A DNA stretch of 17,036 bases from Candidatus Omnitrophota bacterium (GCA_021735655.1 JAIPGM010000014.1:1-17036); one strand, 5' to 3'. Positions 6,452 to 15,323 are shown, numbered from the stretch's first letter. Translations and numbers: made by a program. Notes: generated from the sequence alone by a model not told the origin.

Positions 6452-9400
6452 ATGAGTATTGTTGAATTTTCAGTAAAGCGTTCACTTTTAGTAAACCTTA
6501 TTTCAGTTTTTATCTTAGTCGCTGGGTTTTTGTCGGTTTTTGTGTTTAAGATTAGAAGAGAGGCTTTTCCTGAAGTTTCTTATGACATTGTCATTGTTAG
6601 TACGGTTTATCCGGGGGCAGCCCCCGAGGAGGTAGAAAAGCTAGTTACCATACCGATTGAAAAGGAGTTAAAGGGAGTAGACGGAATAGAGAAGATGAAG
6701 TCTACCTCCCTAGAGAACTCTTCAAACATTTCAATCGAGATAAGCCAAGATGTAAAAAACAAGCGCAAGGTTATTACCGATATTCAAAAGGCGGTTGATC
6801 GAGTAAGAGATTTACCGGCCGGAGTAGAGGATGACCCAGTAGTAAGTGAGGTTACTTCTGGAGAGTTTCCGGTAGTTCAGGTAGCCTTAAGTGGTGATAT
6901 GCCTGAGAAAGAGCTTCAAGAGTATGCTGAAAATCTAGAAGATATCCTAGAAGATATTCCTGGTGTTTCAAAGATTTCTCGGATTGGTTATCGAGATCGA
7001 GAAGTCTGGGTTGAGGTTGATCCACAAAAGCTAAGCTCTTTTCATTTAAGCCTTGAAGAGGTAATGGAAGCTCTGGCTAGGAAAAACCGAAGTATTCCCG
7101 GAGGAAAAATCAGAGGAGTTCAAGAGTTCAGCATTCGGACAACCGGTGAATTTTATACTAAAGAAGAAATTGAAGATGTGGTTATCCGGGCTAATGAGAC
7201 TGGGAATTGGCTAAGAGTAAAAGATGTGGCTGAAGTAAAGTTTTCTTTTGAGGATGAAAACACAATTAATAAAAGTTTTGGTACTCGGTCGATAGACCTT
7301 ACTGTAATCAAGCGGGCTAGCGGTGACGCGATTGAAATAGTTGAAAAAGTCAAGCTTAAGACTGAAAAATTTTTAACTCAGACAAATGATTCTCGTTTGG
7401 AAACTTCTTACATTAATGACATATCTTTTTATATTAAACGTCGGCTAGGTACGCTTAAAAATAACGGAATAGTCGGTATTGTTTTAGTTTGTTTTGTTTT
7501 GATGATATTTTTGCAATTTCGGATTGCTTTGATAACTGCTATTGGACTTCCGATTGCTTTTTGTGCAACTTTGGCGGTAATGAGCTTTGTTGGTTTGAGT
7601 ATAAACCTAGTTACCATGTTTGGTTTGATTGTGGTTTTGGGTATGTTAGTTGATGATGGCATTATTGTTTCTGAGAATTGTTCACGCTATCTAGAAGAGG
7701 GCCATTCACCTTATCAGGCGGCTATTTTAGGAACCCAGGAAGTAATAAAACCAGTTACTACTACAATAATTACGACCATTGCTGCTTTTAGTCCGCTTCT
7801 TTTTATGGGGGGGATGATGGGGAAGTTTATCTGGGGGATACCTCTGGTAGTTATTATTGCTCTTTGTGCTTCTTTATTTGAAGCCTTAGTTATTTTGCCT
7901 TCGCATTTTGCCGATTTTATTCGTCGGGATAAAAATTTTAAATCGCGTAAAGAACTCCCTTGGTTTAAGAAATTGGTCGTTGTCTATACTCGATTAGTGA
8001 CTAAGGCTTTAAATCGGCGTTGGTGGGTATTGGGAGGATTATTTTTAGTTTTAATTTTAACTGTTGGTTTAGTTATGCACATGCCAAAAATTCTTTTTGC
8101 TTCTGAAGAAGGAATAGAAGAGTTTACTGTCCGGGCCGAAGCCCCAGTCGGAACTAATCTTTATTCCACTGATAAGTTAATTAAACCGATAGAGGAAGAA
8201 GTCGCTAAGATGCCTAAAAATCAGGTCGAAGCCTACACTACTCAAGTTGGTTCAATCGGTGATAGTTGGCATTTTGATCCTTATGGTAAGAGCGGTAGCC
8301 ATGTAGTTCAGGTGACAGTTCACTTAACGCCTTATAAGCAGCGCAAAAGAAAGGTTAGTCAGATCATCGAAGACCTACGAACTAAAATTGGTGATGTTGA
8401 GGGGTTTGATCGGGTTTACTTTGAGAAACCTCAGGCTGGACCTCCGGTCGGTGCACCGGTTGCGGTTGAAATTCGCGGCGAGAGCTTTGAAGTTTTAAAC
8501 AAAATCGCTAATCAGATAAATGAATTTTTAAAAACCATTCCCGGTATTTCCGATATAGTATCTGATTATGAGGTTGGCAGAGGAGAAATTCGGGTTATTG
8601 TTGATGAAGAAAAAGCTGCCCGGACCTATTTGTCGGTCGGTGAAGTGGCTTCAAGTATTCGCAATGCTTTTCGCGGCGGGGTGGCTACTTCAATTAAGCC
8701 GGTTAAGGCTGAAGAAGAGATTGATGTTTTAGTGAGATTTCCCGATGACTATCGTACTAAGCGAGAATCCTTTGAAAAAATATTAGTTCCTAATAAGTTT
8801 GGTAATTTAATCCCTTTAGCTAAGATAGCTAGATTTGAGGATGGTGTATCGGTAGCCAGGGTTCAGCATCTCGACGGAAAAAGAGTGATATCGGTCAAAG
8901 CTAACGTTGATAACCAGAACATTACTTCTAATGAAGCTAATAAGCTGATTAAGGATAAATTTAAGGATGTTTCAATTAATTTTCCCGGATATAGTATACA
9001 GTTTGGCGGAGAGCAAAGGGAAAATGTCCGTTCAATGAAAGATTTCGCTAATGCTTTTATTCTGGCCTTGTTTTTAATTTTTTTAATTTTAGCCGCTAAC
9101 TTTAATTCATTGGTTCAGCCGTTAATCGTTATGATGGCGATTCCTTTTGGTTTTATCGGAGTCATCTGGGCTTTTTTCTTCCATGGTTTACCGATCGGTT
9201 TTTTTATGTTTATGGGTGCAGTAGGTTTAACTGGAATAGTAGTTAATGATTCTATAGTTTTGGTTGAGTTTGTTAATAATTTAAGAAGAAAAGGGGTCGA
9301 TCGAAGACATTCATTAATTCAAGCCGGTCAGTTACGCTTGCGGCCGGTTTTACTTACTACGATTACTACTGCTCTTGGTTTGACCCCGACAGCCTATGGT

Positions 9401-9574
9401 ATTTGGGGCGGAGACCCATTTTTAAAGCCAATGGCTTTGACTATTGTTTGGGGTATAGTTTGTGCAACCGTTCTAACTTTGGTTGTCTTGCCTTGTATTT
9501 ATGCTATTATAGATGATATTACTTTAAAGCTGGCTGGCCATACGACAGTTAAGAAAAGCAATATCACTATATGA
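6452..9574 (+). CDS. RND-superfamily efflux permease (AcrB-like, HAE1-type architecture, 12 TM).
   Basis: 1040 aa. TM1 followed by a large periplasmic domain (VSTVYPGAAPEEVEKLVTIPIEKEL). The TM4 proton-relay pair is present (MLVDDGIIVSEN; DD at nt 7652-7657). There is a second large periplasmic loop, and an Arg in TM11 (LRLRPVLLTT). No adaptor gene is present either side. Confidence 0.93.
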   Translation: MSIVEFSVKRSLLVNLISVFILVAGFLSVFVFKIRREAFPEVSYDIVIVSTVYPGAAPEEVEKLVTIPIEKELKGVDGIEKMKSTSLENSSNISIEISQDVKNKRKVITDIQKAVDRVRDLPAGVEDDPVVSEVTSGEFPVVQVALSGDMPEKELQEYAENLEDILEDIPGVSKISRIGYRDREVWVEVDPQKLSSFHLSLEEVMEALARKNRSIPGGKIRGVQEFSIRTTGEFYTKEEIEDVVIRANETGNWLRVKDVAEVKFSFEDENTINKSFGTRSIDLTVIKRASGDAIEIVEKVKLKTEKFLTQTNDSRLETSYINDISFYIKRRLGTLKNNGIVGIVLVCFVLMIFLQFRIALITAIGLPIAFCATLAVMSFVGLSINLVTMFGLIVVLGMLVDDGIIVSENCSRYLEEGHSPYQAAILGTQEVIKPVTTTIITTIAAFSPLLFMGGMMGKFIWGIPLVVIIALCASLFEALVILPSHFADFIRRDKNFKSRKELPWFKKLVVVYTRLVTKALNRRWWVLGGLFLVLILTVGLVMHMPKILFASEEGIEEFTVRAEAPVGTNLYSTDKLIKPIEEEVAKMPKNQVEAYTTQVGSIGDSWHFDPYGKSGSHVVQVTVHLTPYKQRKRKVSQIIEDLRTKIGDVEGFDRVYFEKPQAGPPVGAPVAVEIRGESFEVLNKIANQINEFLKTIPGISDIVSDYEVGRGEIRVIVDEEKAARTYLSVGEVASSIRNAFRGGVATSIKPVKAEEEIDVLVRFPDDYRTKRESFEKILVPNKFGNLIPLAKIARFEDGVSVARVQHLDGKRVISVKANVDNQNITSNEANKLIKDKFKDVSINFPGYSIQFGGEQRENVRSMKDFANAFILALFLIFLILAANFNSLVQPLIVMMAIPFGFIGVIWAFFFHGLPIGFFMFMGAVGLTGIVVNDSIVLVEFVNNLRRKGVDRRHSLIQAGQLRLRPVLLTTITTALGLTPTAYGIWGGDPFLKPMALTIVWGIVCATVLTLVVLPCIYAIIDDITLKLAGHTTVKKSNITI

Positions 9575-11463
9575 TTTTTTTAAATAACCTTTCCAAAAGT
9601 TACGGTTCGAGGATTCTTTTTGAGAATTTTTCCTTAACCATTGATCGCGGTGAACGAATCGGCTTGGTTGGTCCCAACGGAGCTGGCAAATCTACACTTT
9701 TCAATATTATTCTTAAGCAAAACGAAAGCTCTTCGGGAACTATTCAGATAAATAAAGGTGTTCGTATTGGTTATCTTGCTCAAGAGGTAACCTTTAATTC
9801 AGAAGCTACAGTTTTGTCAGAGCTAACTGCTGGTGATGAGTCGATTAAGAAGCTCAAAAAAGAAAAGGATGCTTTAGAGAAAGAGAACAAAGCTGCCGGA
9901 GCTCGCTACGGGGCAGTACTCCACGATTTAGAGTTTTTTGGTTATTTTGATTTAGAGCATCGAGCTAAAAAAATATTAAGCGGCTTAGGCTTTGCGAATT
10001 CAGATTTTAATCGGCCGGTTAATGAAATGAGCGGTGGTTTTAAGATGCGAGTTTTATTGGCTAAGCTGTTGCTGTATCCTTATGATATTTTACTTTTGGA
10101 TGAACCTACCAACTTTCTAGATTTAGAAGCAGCTATTTGGTTTAAAGATTATTTATTAAAATTTAAGGGAACTTTTGTGATGATTTCTCACGATCGGGAT
10201 TTTCTTACCGAGGTAACCAGCGACACTTTAGTTTTAGAAAACGGAGCAATCACTAAGATCAAGGGAAATTATGATGATTATGAAAAGATGTGTAATGAGC
10301 AGCGAGAGCGCCTGCTTAAGCAGTTTAAGGAGCAGGATAAAAAGTGTAAACAATTGAAAGTTTTTATTAATCGGTTTCATGCTCAGCCGAATAAGGCTTC
10401 CCAGGTTAGATCTAAGAAACGGATGTTAGAGAAGATGGATATCATTAACGTACCGTTAGATCGCAAGGAAAGTATCCGCAAGTTTAATTTTCCAAAGGCC
10501 ACACGCAGTGGCTACCGGGCGATAGAGCTTAAAAGTATTTCTAAAGCTTACGGTGATATCTCGGTGTATCAAGATTTTGATTTTGAACTAACTCGAGGAG
10601 AAAAGTCAGTTTTTATCGGCCATAATGGAGCCGGCAAATCGACCCTCTTAAAGATTTTGGCCGGAGTTATTGATATTGATTCCGGATCGCGGATTCTTGG
10701 CACCAATATTGATATTGGTTATTTTTCACAAACCCGTCTTGATGTTCTAACTCCCGATAATACTGTTTTTGAAGAAGCCTATTCAGCTTCCGGAGGCAGG
10801 CTGACTAATGATGAGATTAGAACGGTTTTGGCCGCTTTTTTATTTACCGGAGACGATGTTGAGAAGAAGGTTAGCATTCTTTCCGGAGGAGAGAAGAGTC
10901 GTTTGATTTTAGCAAAACTTTTAATTAACCCTCCTAACTTTTTGCTTTTGGATGAGCCGACAACTCATCTTGATGTTGATGCAGTTGAGGCATTAATCAG
11001 AGCTTTAAAAGAATACGACGGAACACTTGTTTTTATAAGTCATGATATCCATTTTGTTCGCTCGGTAGCCAATATGGTTTTTGAAATCAATAAGGGGCGA
11101 GTAAGGAAATTTCCCGGCAGCTTTGATTACTATTGGCAAACTGCCAGGCATAAAGATGTTGTTGAGCTTAAACGTAAAAAAATAAAATCGAAATCGTCCC
11201 CAGTAAAAGAAATGTCAGAAAAAGATAAGGAAAAGAAACAAAAAAAAGAAAACGAGAAAATTTCCAAGAAGATAAAAGCCCTTAGGAAAGAAAAAGAAGA
11301 CTTAGAGCTGGAATATAATGTGAAGTGGCGGGTTGTTTCTAATCCCCGCAGCTATCATCGTAAAGAGGTAGCTTCTGAATATAGCCAACGCTTGAAAGAA
11401 CTGAAGTGCCAAATAGCGAAAAATGATCAAGAGATAAAGGACCTCAAAAAGCTGTTTAAATAG
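9571..11463 (+). CDS. ABC-F family ATPase: two ABC domains, an inter-domain linker, and a Lys/Glu-rich C-terminal coiled-coil (Uup/EttA-like architecture).
   Basis: Two Walker A motifs (GPNGAGKST, GHNGAGKST) and two signature motifs (MSGGFKMRV, LSGGEKSRL). Walker B motifs LLLDEPTNFLD and LLLDEPTTHLD. No transmembrane domain. The C-terminal KRKKIKSKS…KEKKQKKENEKISKKIKALRKEKEDLE tail is present. The ATG overlaps the RND stop (ATGA). Confidence 0.9.
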   Translation: MIFLNNLSKSYGSRILFENFSLTIDRGERIGLVGPNGAGKSTLFNIILKQNESSSGTIQINKGVRIGYLAQEVTFNSEATVLSELTAGDESIKKLKKEKDALEKENKAAGARYGAVLHDLEFFGYFDLEHRAKKILSGLGFANSDFNRPVNEMSGGFKMRVLLAKLLLYPYDILLLDEPTNFLDLEAAIWFKDYLLKFKGTFVMISHDRDFLTEVTSDTLVLENGAITKIKGNYDDYEKMCNEQRERLLKQFKEQDKKCKQLKVFINRFHAQPNKASQVRSKKRMLEKMDIINVPLDRKESIRKFNFPKATRSGYRAIELKSISKAYGDISVYQDFDFELTRGEKSVFIGHNGAGKSTLLKILAGVIDIDSGSRILGTNIDIGYFSQTRLDVLTPDNTVFEEAYSASGGRLTNDEIRTVLAAFLFTGDDVEKKVSILSGGEKSRLILAKLLINPPNFLLLDEPTTHLDVDAVEALIRALKEYDGTLVFISHDIHFVRSVANMVFEINKGRVRKFPGSFDYYWQTARHKDVVELKRKKIKSKSSPVKEMSEKDKEKKQKKENEKISKKIKALRKEKEDLELEYNVKWRVVSNPRSYHRKEVASEYSQRLKELKCQIAKNDQEIKDLKKLFK

Positions 11464-11487
11464 GCCATTTTTTGCTATAATCATTAG

Positions 11488-12270
11488 ATGTTTGTAATTA
11501 AGATAAAGCCTGAAAGAAAAATTGATATTATTGTTCGGATCGGCCTGTATATAAGCCTAGGTTTACTTATTGCTTCTTTTGTTCAAAAAGGCGTACTTCC
11601 CAAAAAGAAAGCAATACATCCTGATTTGTATCAAGAGCCGATTCAGCGTGAGACCTACACTCCTTCTTTTGAAGCAAAAGCTGAGGGTTCAATTTACGAT
11701 ATAAATCCGAGTCACCACTATAAACTTAATGGTTTGGTTGTTTCTCAACACGACTCAACCGCTTGGTGGGATTATTATCATAAAAAATGGGGTGATTCAT
11801 TAAATCTAAAAGATGTTTGTGTTATTTGGGGCGATAACCTTGAGAATGAAACCTATCGAAGAATGCGTTTTAGAAATGGTAATTGGACTTGCTATGTGTC
11901 AGTAAATCATAAAACAGCTGATCAAGATTGGGCACAGTTTAATATGGCGGCTTTATCCAATAATCACCTTTTGTCGGATAAAGCTGAAATCAACCAGGCT
12001 TTACGCAAGGTGCATGTTGGTGATCAGATTTATCTCAAAGGATACTTGGCATCCTATCATCGTCAAGGAAGCCATTTTTCTCGTGACTCAAGTATCTCGC
12101 GAACCGATGAAGGTGATGGCGCTTGTGAAACAATTTACCTTACTGATTTTAAGGTTCTTAAAAGCGCTAATTTTTTTTGGTGGTCAGTTTATGGAGTATC
12201 TAAATATTTAGTCTTGATATTATTCATTTTTTTAGTTTTCCTTCGAATTCAAGCCCCTTTGAGCAGGTAA
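11488..12270 (+). CDS. Hypothetical membrane protein of unknown function, with a TM helix at each end.
   Basis: Predicted TM helices at aa ~15-35 and ~225-250, flanking a ~190-aa hydrophilic domain rich in Trp, His and Tyr (WWDYYHKKWGDS, NGNWTCYVSVNH). I see no recognisable family motif. The start has a weak RBS. Confidence 0.5.
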   Translation: MFVIKIKPERKIDIIVRIGLYISLGLLIASFVQKGVLPKKKAIHPDLYQEPIQRETYTPSFEAKAEGSIYDINPSHHYKLNGLVVSQHDSTAWWDYYHKKWGDSLNLKDVCVIWGDNLENETYRRMRFRNGNWTCYVSVNHKTADQDWAQFNMAALSNNHLLSDKAEINQALRKVHVGDQIYLKGYLASYHRQGSHFSRDSSISRTDEGDGACETIYLTDFKVLKSANFFWWSVYGVSKYLVLILFIFLVFLRIQAPLSR

Positions 12271-12279
12271 AAAATTATC

Positions 12280-13401
12280 ATGATTACCAAACCATTATTA
12301 TTAAAAGTTTATGAAGCAGCCAGCATGCAGCGCTGGAATGATCAGATTAAGGCGGTGGAGCTTACTGAGCTCGATAAGCAAGCGCATAAGATGATCATTG
12401 CCTATTGCTTAGGCAAGTGTCAGGAGAAGTACAAGACGGCCGGTTTTAACTGGATCGAGATTATCGAAGCCGGAATATTTGAATATTTACAGCGAATAGT
12501 TCTTACTGATTTAAAGCCACCCTTATTTCATCGGATAAAGGAAGATCAGGATAAATACCGGCGTCTTAATGAATGGGTTTATGAAAAAATAGAAAAGGTT
12601 ATTCGGCCGCTTGGTGAAGGATTTTGCCAGCGCTTTAATTCCTATCTTCTAGATCCTAAGCGGAATGTGAACCGAAGGATTATAAGTGCTGCTCACTTTT
12701 ATGCAACTAAATGGGAGTTTGATATAATTGAACGGGCCAATCCTCAAGGTTATTTGATTGAAGAGATCAGGGAAGATATCCGTACCAAACAGGAACGTTA
12801 TCACGATTTAGAAAGTATGCAGGATTTGTTAAATTCACCCGGTCTTAAGAGTTTTGTGAATATTTGCGGCCAGCTTCGTTTTCAGATTCGCTGGAGTCAT
12901 CTTCCGAGAGTTCCTAAGACCTCGGTATTGGGCCATATGCTGATTGTCGCTATGATTGCCTATCTTATGTCTGAAAATTCCGGTGCCGATTCTGAGCGTT
13001 GCTTGAACAATTATTTAACCGGGCTGTTTCATGATTTACCTGAGGTTTTAACTCGGGATGTAATTAATCCGGTAAAAAGATCGGTTGAAGGTTTGGATGA
13101 CTTAATTAAAGAGTATGAGCGCCAGGAAATGGAAAGAAAAATATATAAGTTAATTCCTACCGATTGGCATTCTCAGATGAGGAATTTTACCGAAGAAGAG
13201 TTTACTAACACTGCTTCCCGCGATGGAGAGCTTATTAAGGCAGTTGATGAGTTGGCTGCCTTTCTGGAGGCCTATTTATCTTTGGCTAATGGCATTCAGA
13301 GCCAAGATTTTACAACAGCTAAGAAATCTCTGCCGCGTAAGTATAAGTCTAAAATAATTGCCGGAGTTAATTTCGCTAAGATTTATAAAGAGTTTTGTTG
13401 A
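12280..13401 (+). CDS. HD-domain phosphohydrolase of the YfbR-like (5'-deoxynucleotidase, HD_3) type, carrying a duplicated, degenerate N-terminal HD-like domain.
   Basis: C-terminal half: IRWSHLPRVPKTSVLGHMLIVAMIAY (His219) and LTGLFHDLPEVLTRDVINPVK (H251-D252, nt 13030-13035), then KAVDELAAFLEAY. This matches YfbR's RW…SEHSLQVAMVAHA / YHDASEVLTGDLPTPVK / KQADALCAYLK. The N-terminal half repeats the same pattern (QRWNDQ…, RIVLTDLKPPL) but has E-Y where the H-D dyad should be (nt 12481-12486). Confidence 0.75.
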   Translation: MITKPLLLKVYEAASMQRWNDQIKAVELTELDKQAHKMIIAYCLGKCQEKYKTAGFNWIEIIEAGIFEYLQRIVLTDLKPPLFHRIKEDQDKYRRLNEWVYEKIEKVIRPLGEGFCQRFNSYLLDPKRNVNRRIISAAHFYATKWEFDIIERANPQGYLIEEIREDIRTKQERYHDLESMQDLLNSPGLKSFVNICGQLRFQIRWSHLPRVPKTSVLGHMLIVAMIAYLMSENSGADSERCLNNYLTGLFHDLPEVLTRDVINPVKRSVEGLDDLIKEYERQEMERKIYKLIPTDWHSQMRNFTEEEFTNTASRDGELIKAVDELAAFLEAYLSLANGIQSQDFTTAKKSLPRKYKSKIIAGVNFAKIYKEFC

Positions 13402-13426
13402 ATAATTAGTTAAGTTTAGGAGTCAA

Positions 13427-14278
13427 ATGAAAATTGTAGATATTCTTAAAACTAGGGAGTCAGGCGTGGCTTTTGAATTTTTTCCGCCTAGCACTCAGAA
13501 GAGTGAAGAGAGATTGATTGAAACAGTTAGGATTCTAAAAGACTATCAGCCGCTTTACGTTTCAATGACCCATGGTGCCGGCGGCACTGATCAAACTAAG
13601 ACTCAAAAAGCAGTCGACATACTTCTTTCAGAAGGTGGCCTAGCGGTTATGCCGCATTTAACTGGCATTTCGGCTTCAAAGAGTCAGGCTGAGGAGCTGC
13701 TTAAGGCTTATCAACTAAAGGGTCTTGAGAATATCATGGCTTTGCGGGGTGATCCACCAAAAGAGGAAATTGGAGCTAAGGTTGGAGATTTTCGTTATGC
13801 GATAGATTTGGTTAAATTTATAAAGGAACGTAGCGATCTTTGTATAGGGGTTGCCGTTTACCCTGAGGGACATATTGAAACTGAGTCAGTTGAACAAGAT
13901 TTAGACTACACAAAGCAGAAGATAGATTCGGGAGCAGATTTTGCGGTCACTCAAATGTTTTTTGATAATTCTTATTATTATTCTTTTTTAGATCGGATGA
14001 AAAAAAGAGCGATTAATGCTCCGGTTTTACCGGGCATCCTGCCTTTAACTAATATTGCTAAAGTTAAAGAGTTTGCATCTATCTGCCGAACTACAATCCC
14101 GAGGCAGATTGAAGAAAAAATGGAACAGTTTAAAGATAAACCAAAAGAGATGGAGAAAGTAGGAATTGATTTTACGATTAAGCAGTGCCGGGATCTAAAA
14201 AGTCAGGGAGTAAAGTACATACATTTCTTTACTCTTAATCGGCCTAAAGTAATGAGCGCTATTTTAGAGTCCATCTAG
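13427..14278 (+). CDS. metF: 5,10-methylenetetrahydrofolate reductase (MetF).
   Basis: FEFFPP near the N-terminus; HLTGIS…; ALRGDPP; FAVTQMFFD; and the overall ~280-aa TIM-barrel MetF layout. AGGAG RBS upstream. Confidence 0.9.
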   Translation: MKIVDILKTRESGVAFEFFPPSTQKSEERLIETVRILKDYQPLYVSMTHGAGGTDQTKTQKAVDILLSEGGLAVMPHLTGISASKSQAEELLKAYQLKGLENIMALRGDPPKEEIGAKVGDFRYAIDLVKFIKERSDLCIGVAVYPEGHIETESVEQDLDYTKQKIDSGADFAVTQMFFDNSYYYSFLDRMKKRAINAPVLPGILPLTNIAKVKEFASICRTTIPRQIEEKMEQFKDKPKEMEKVGIDFTIKQCRDLKSQGVKYIHFFTLNRPKVMSAILESI

Positions 14279-14284
14279 AAGACG

Positions 14285-14313
14285 TTGACTAGTTCCAATA
14301 GAAATAGTATGAT
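14285..14313 (+). promoter_or_regulatory. Sigma70-type promoter: TTGACT (14285-14290), 17 nt spacer, TATGAT (14308-14313).
   Basis: Read directly from the intergenic gap 14279-14336. The next gene follows after a G-rich Shine-Dalgarno (GGGGGGA). Confidence 0.55.
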
Positions 14314-14336
14314 TTAGTTTAAATCAGGGGGGACAG

Positions 14337-14921
14337 ATGAAGTTATCTATAATTTTAATTATTTCGGCCATGGTTTTATTTCCCGATAGTTTGATGGCTC
14401 AAGTTACCGAGAGCAATATTTATCCGGTTTGCCAGTCAAAGGCTATAGATAGTAAGTCAGAGCTTAAGGTAGGAGATCAAGCTCCGGATTTTACTCTTTT
14501 GGCGGTTGGTGGAGGAGAAGTTAGCTTGCATGATTATTTAGGCACTAAGTATGTAGTGATTAGTTTTGTTCCGGCGGCCTGGACTCCGGTTTGCTCGGTT
14601 CAGTGGCCGGAATACAATCAATTCGAGTCGGTGTTTAGAGATCATGATGCAGTTTTATTGGGGATAAGCGCCGATAATATTCCTAGTCTTTATGCTTGGA
14701 TAAACGATATGGGAGGCATTTGGTTTGAGGCACTTTCAGATTTTTGGCCACATGGAGCAGTTGCTGAAAAGTATGGAGTTTTACGTTCTGATGGTACAGC
14801 TGAAAGATCTTTGTTTATTATCGACAAACAAGGAATAATTCGTTATATCGATATTCATGATATTAATCAGAAGCCGGCCTTTGCCGATTTAGTTGTTGAG
14901 TTGCAGAAGCTGGAAGATTAA
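14337..14921 (+). CDS. Secreted peroxiredoxin / redoxin of the AhpC-TSA family.
   Basis: N-terminal signal peptide (MKLSIILIISAMVLFPDSLMA|QV). Motif FVPAAWTPVCSVQWPE with the peroxidatic Cys in the T-P-V-C context. About 170 aa mature length. Confidence 0.8.
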   Translation: MKLSIILIISAMVLFPDSLMAQVTESNIYPVCQSKAIDSKSELKVGDQAPDFTLLAVGGGEVSLHDYLGTKYVVISFVPAAWTPVCSVQWPEYNQFESVFRDHDAVLLGISADNIPSLYAWINDMGGIWFEALSDFWPHGAVAEKYGVLRSDGTAERSLFIIDKQGIIRYIDIHDINQKPAFADLVVELQKLED

Positions 14922-14932
14922 GGAGGGTTTTT

Positions 14933-15286
14933 ATGTTGAGATGTAAGGTCTGTAAAGTTCCTTTGAGTGGTTTTTTAAGTAAACTAGCGAGGGTTTTGTG
15001 TAAAGTTAAGCCTTCAACTGAAGAAAACGGAGTTTGTAGTAAGTGTGCTGATAAGCCGATTGGTGAAAAAAATAAAGTTCCCCTTGATCATTTAAAGGGT
15101 AAAAAATATGAGTGTAAAATATGTAAAAGAATGATTCATGAAGAGCATTCGCTTGAACATGTTAAGGCTGAGGAGTACTTAATCGAATTAATTCGCAAAG
15201 ATCATTCCAATTGGCAGCATAAGGATCCTACCTGTAAGGAATGTATTGAATATTATCGAAAGCTAGTTAAAGAAACAGAAATTTAA
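14933..15286 (+). CDS. Small Cys-rich protein with four CxxC pairs (probable double zinc ribbon); function unknown.
   Basis: CKVC (aa 5-8), CSKC (35-38), CKIC (61-64) and CKEC (101-104), plus a His-rich stretch HEEHSLEH. AGGAGG RBS upstream. No family recognised. Confidence 0.55.
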   Translation: MLRCKVCKVPLSGFLSKLARVLCKVKPSTEENGVCSKCADKPIGEKNKVPLDHLKGKKYECKICKRMIHEEHSLEHVKAEEYLIELIRKDHSNWQHKDPTCKECIEYYRKLVKETEI

Positions 15287-15323
15287 TCAATTTCAAGTTA
15301 GTATTGTTAGGAGGGTTAAAAAG

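Noticed and set aside
11176-11300. A long purine-rich, A-tract-dense segment that looks like a low-complexity repeat at nucleotide level.
   Set aside because: It simply encodes the Lys/Glu-rich coiled-coil C-terminal domain of the ABC-F protein, and the reading frame is intact throughout.
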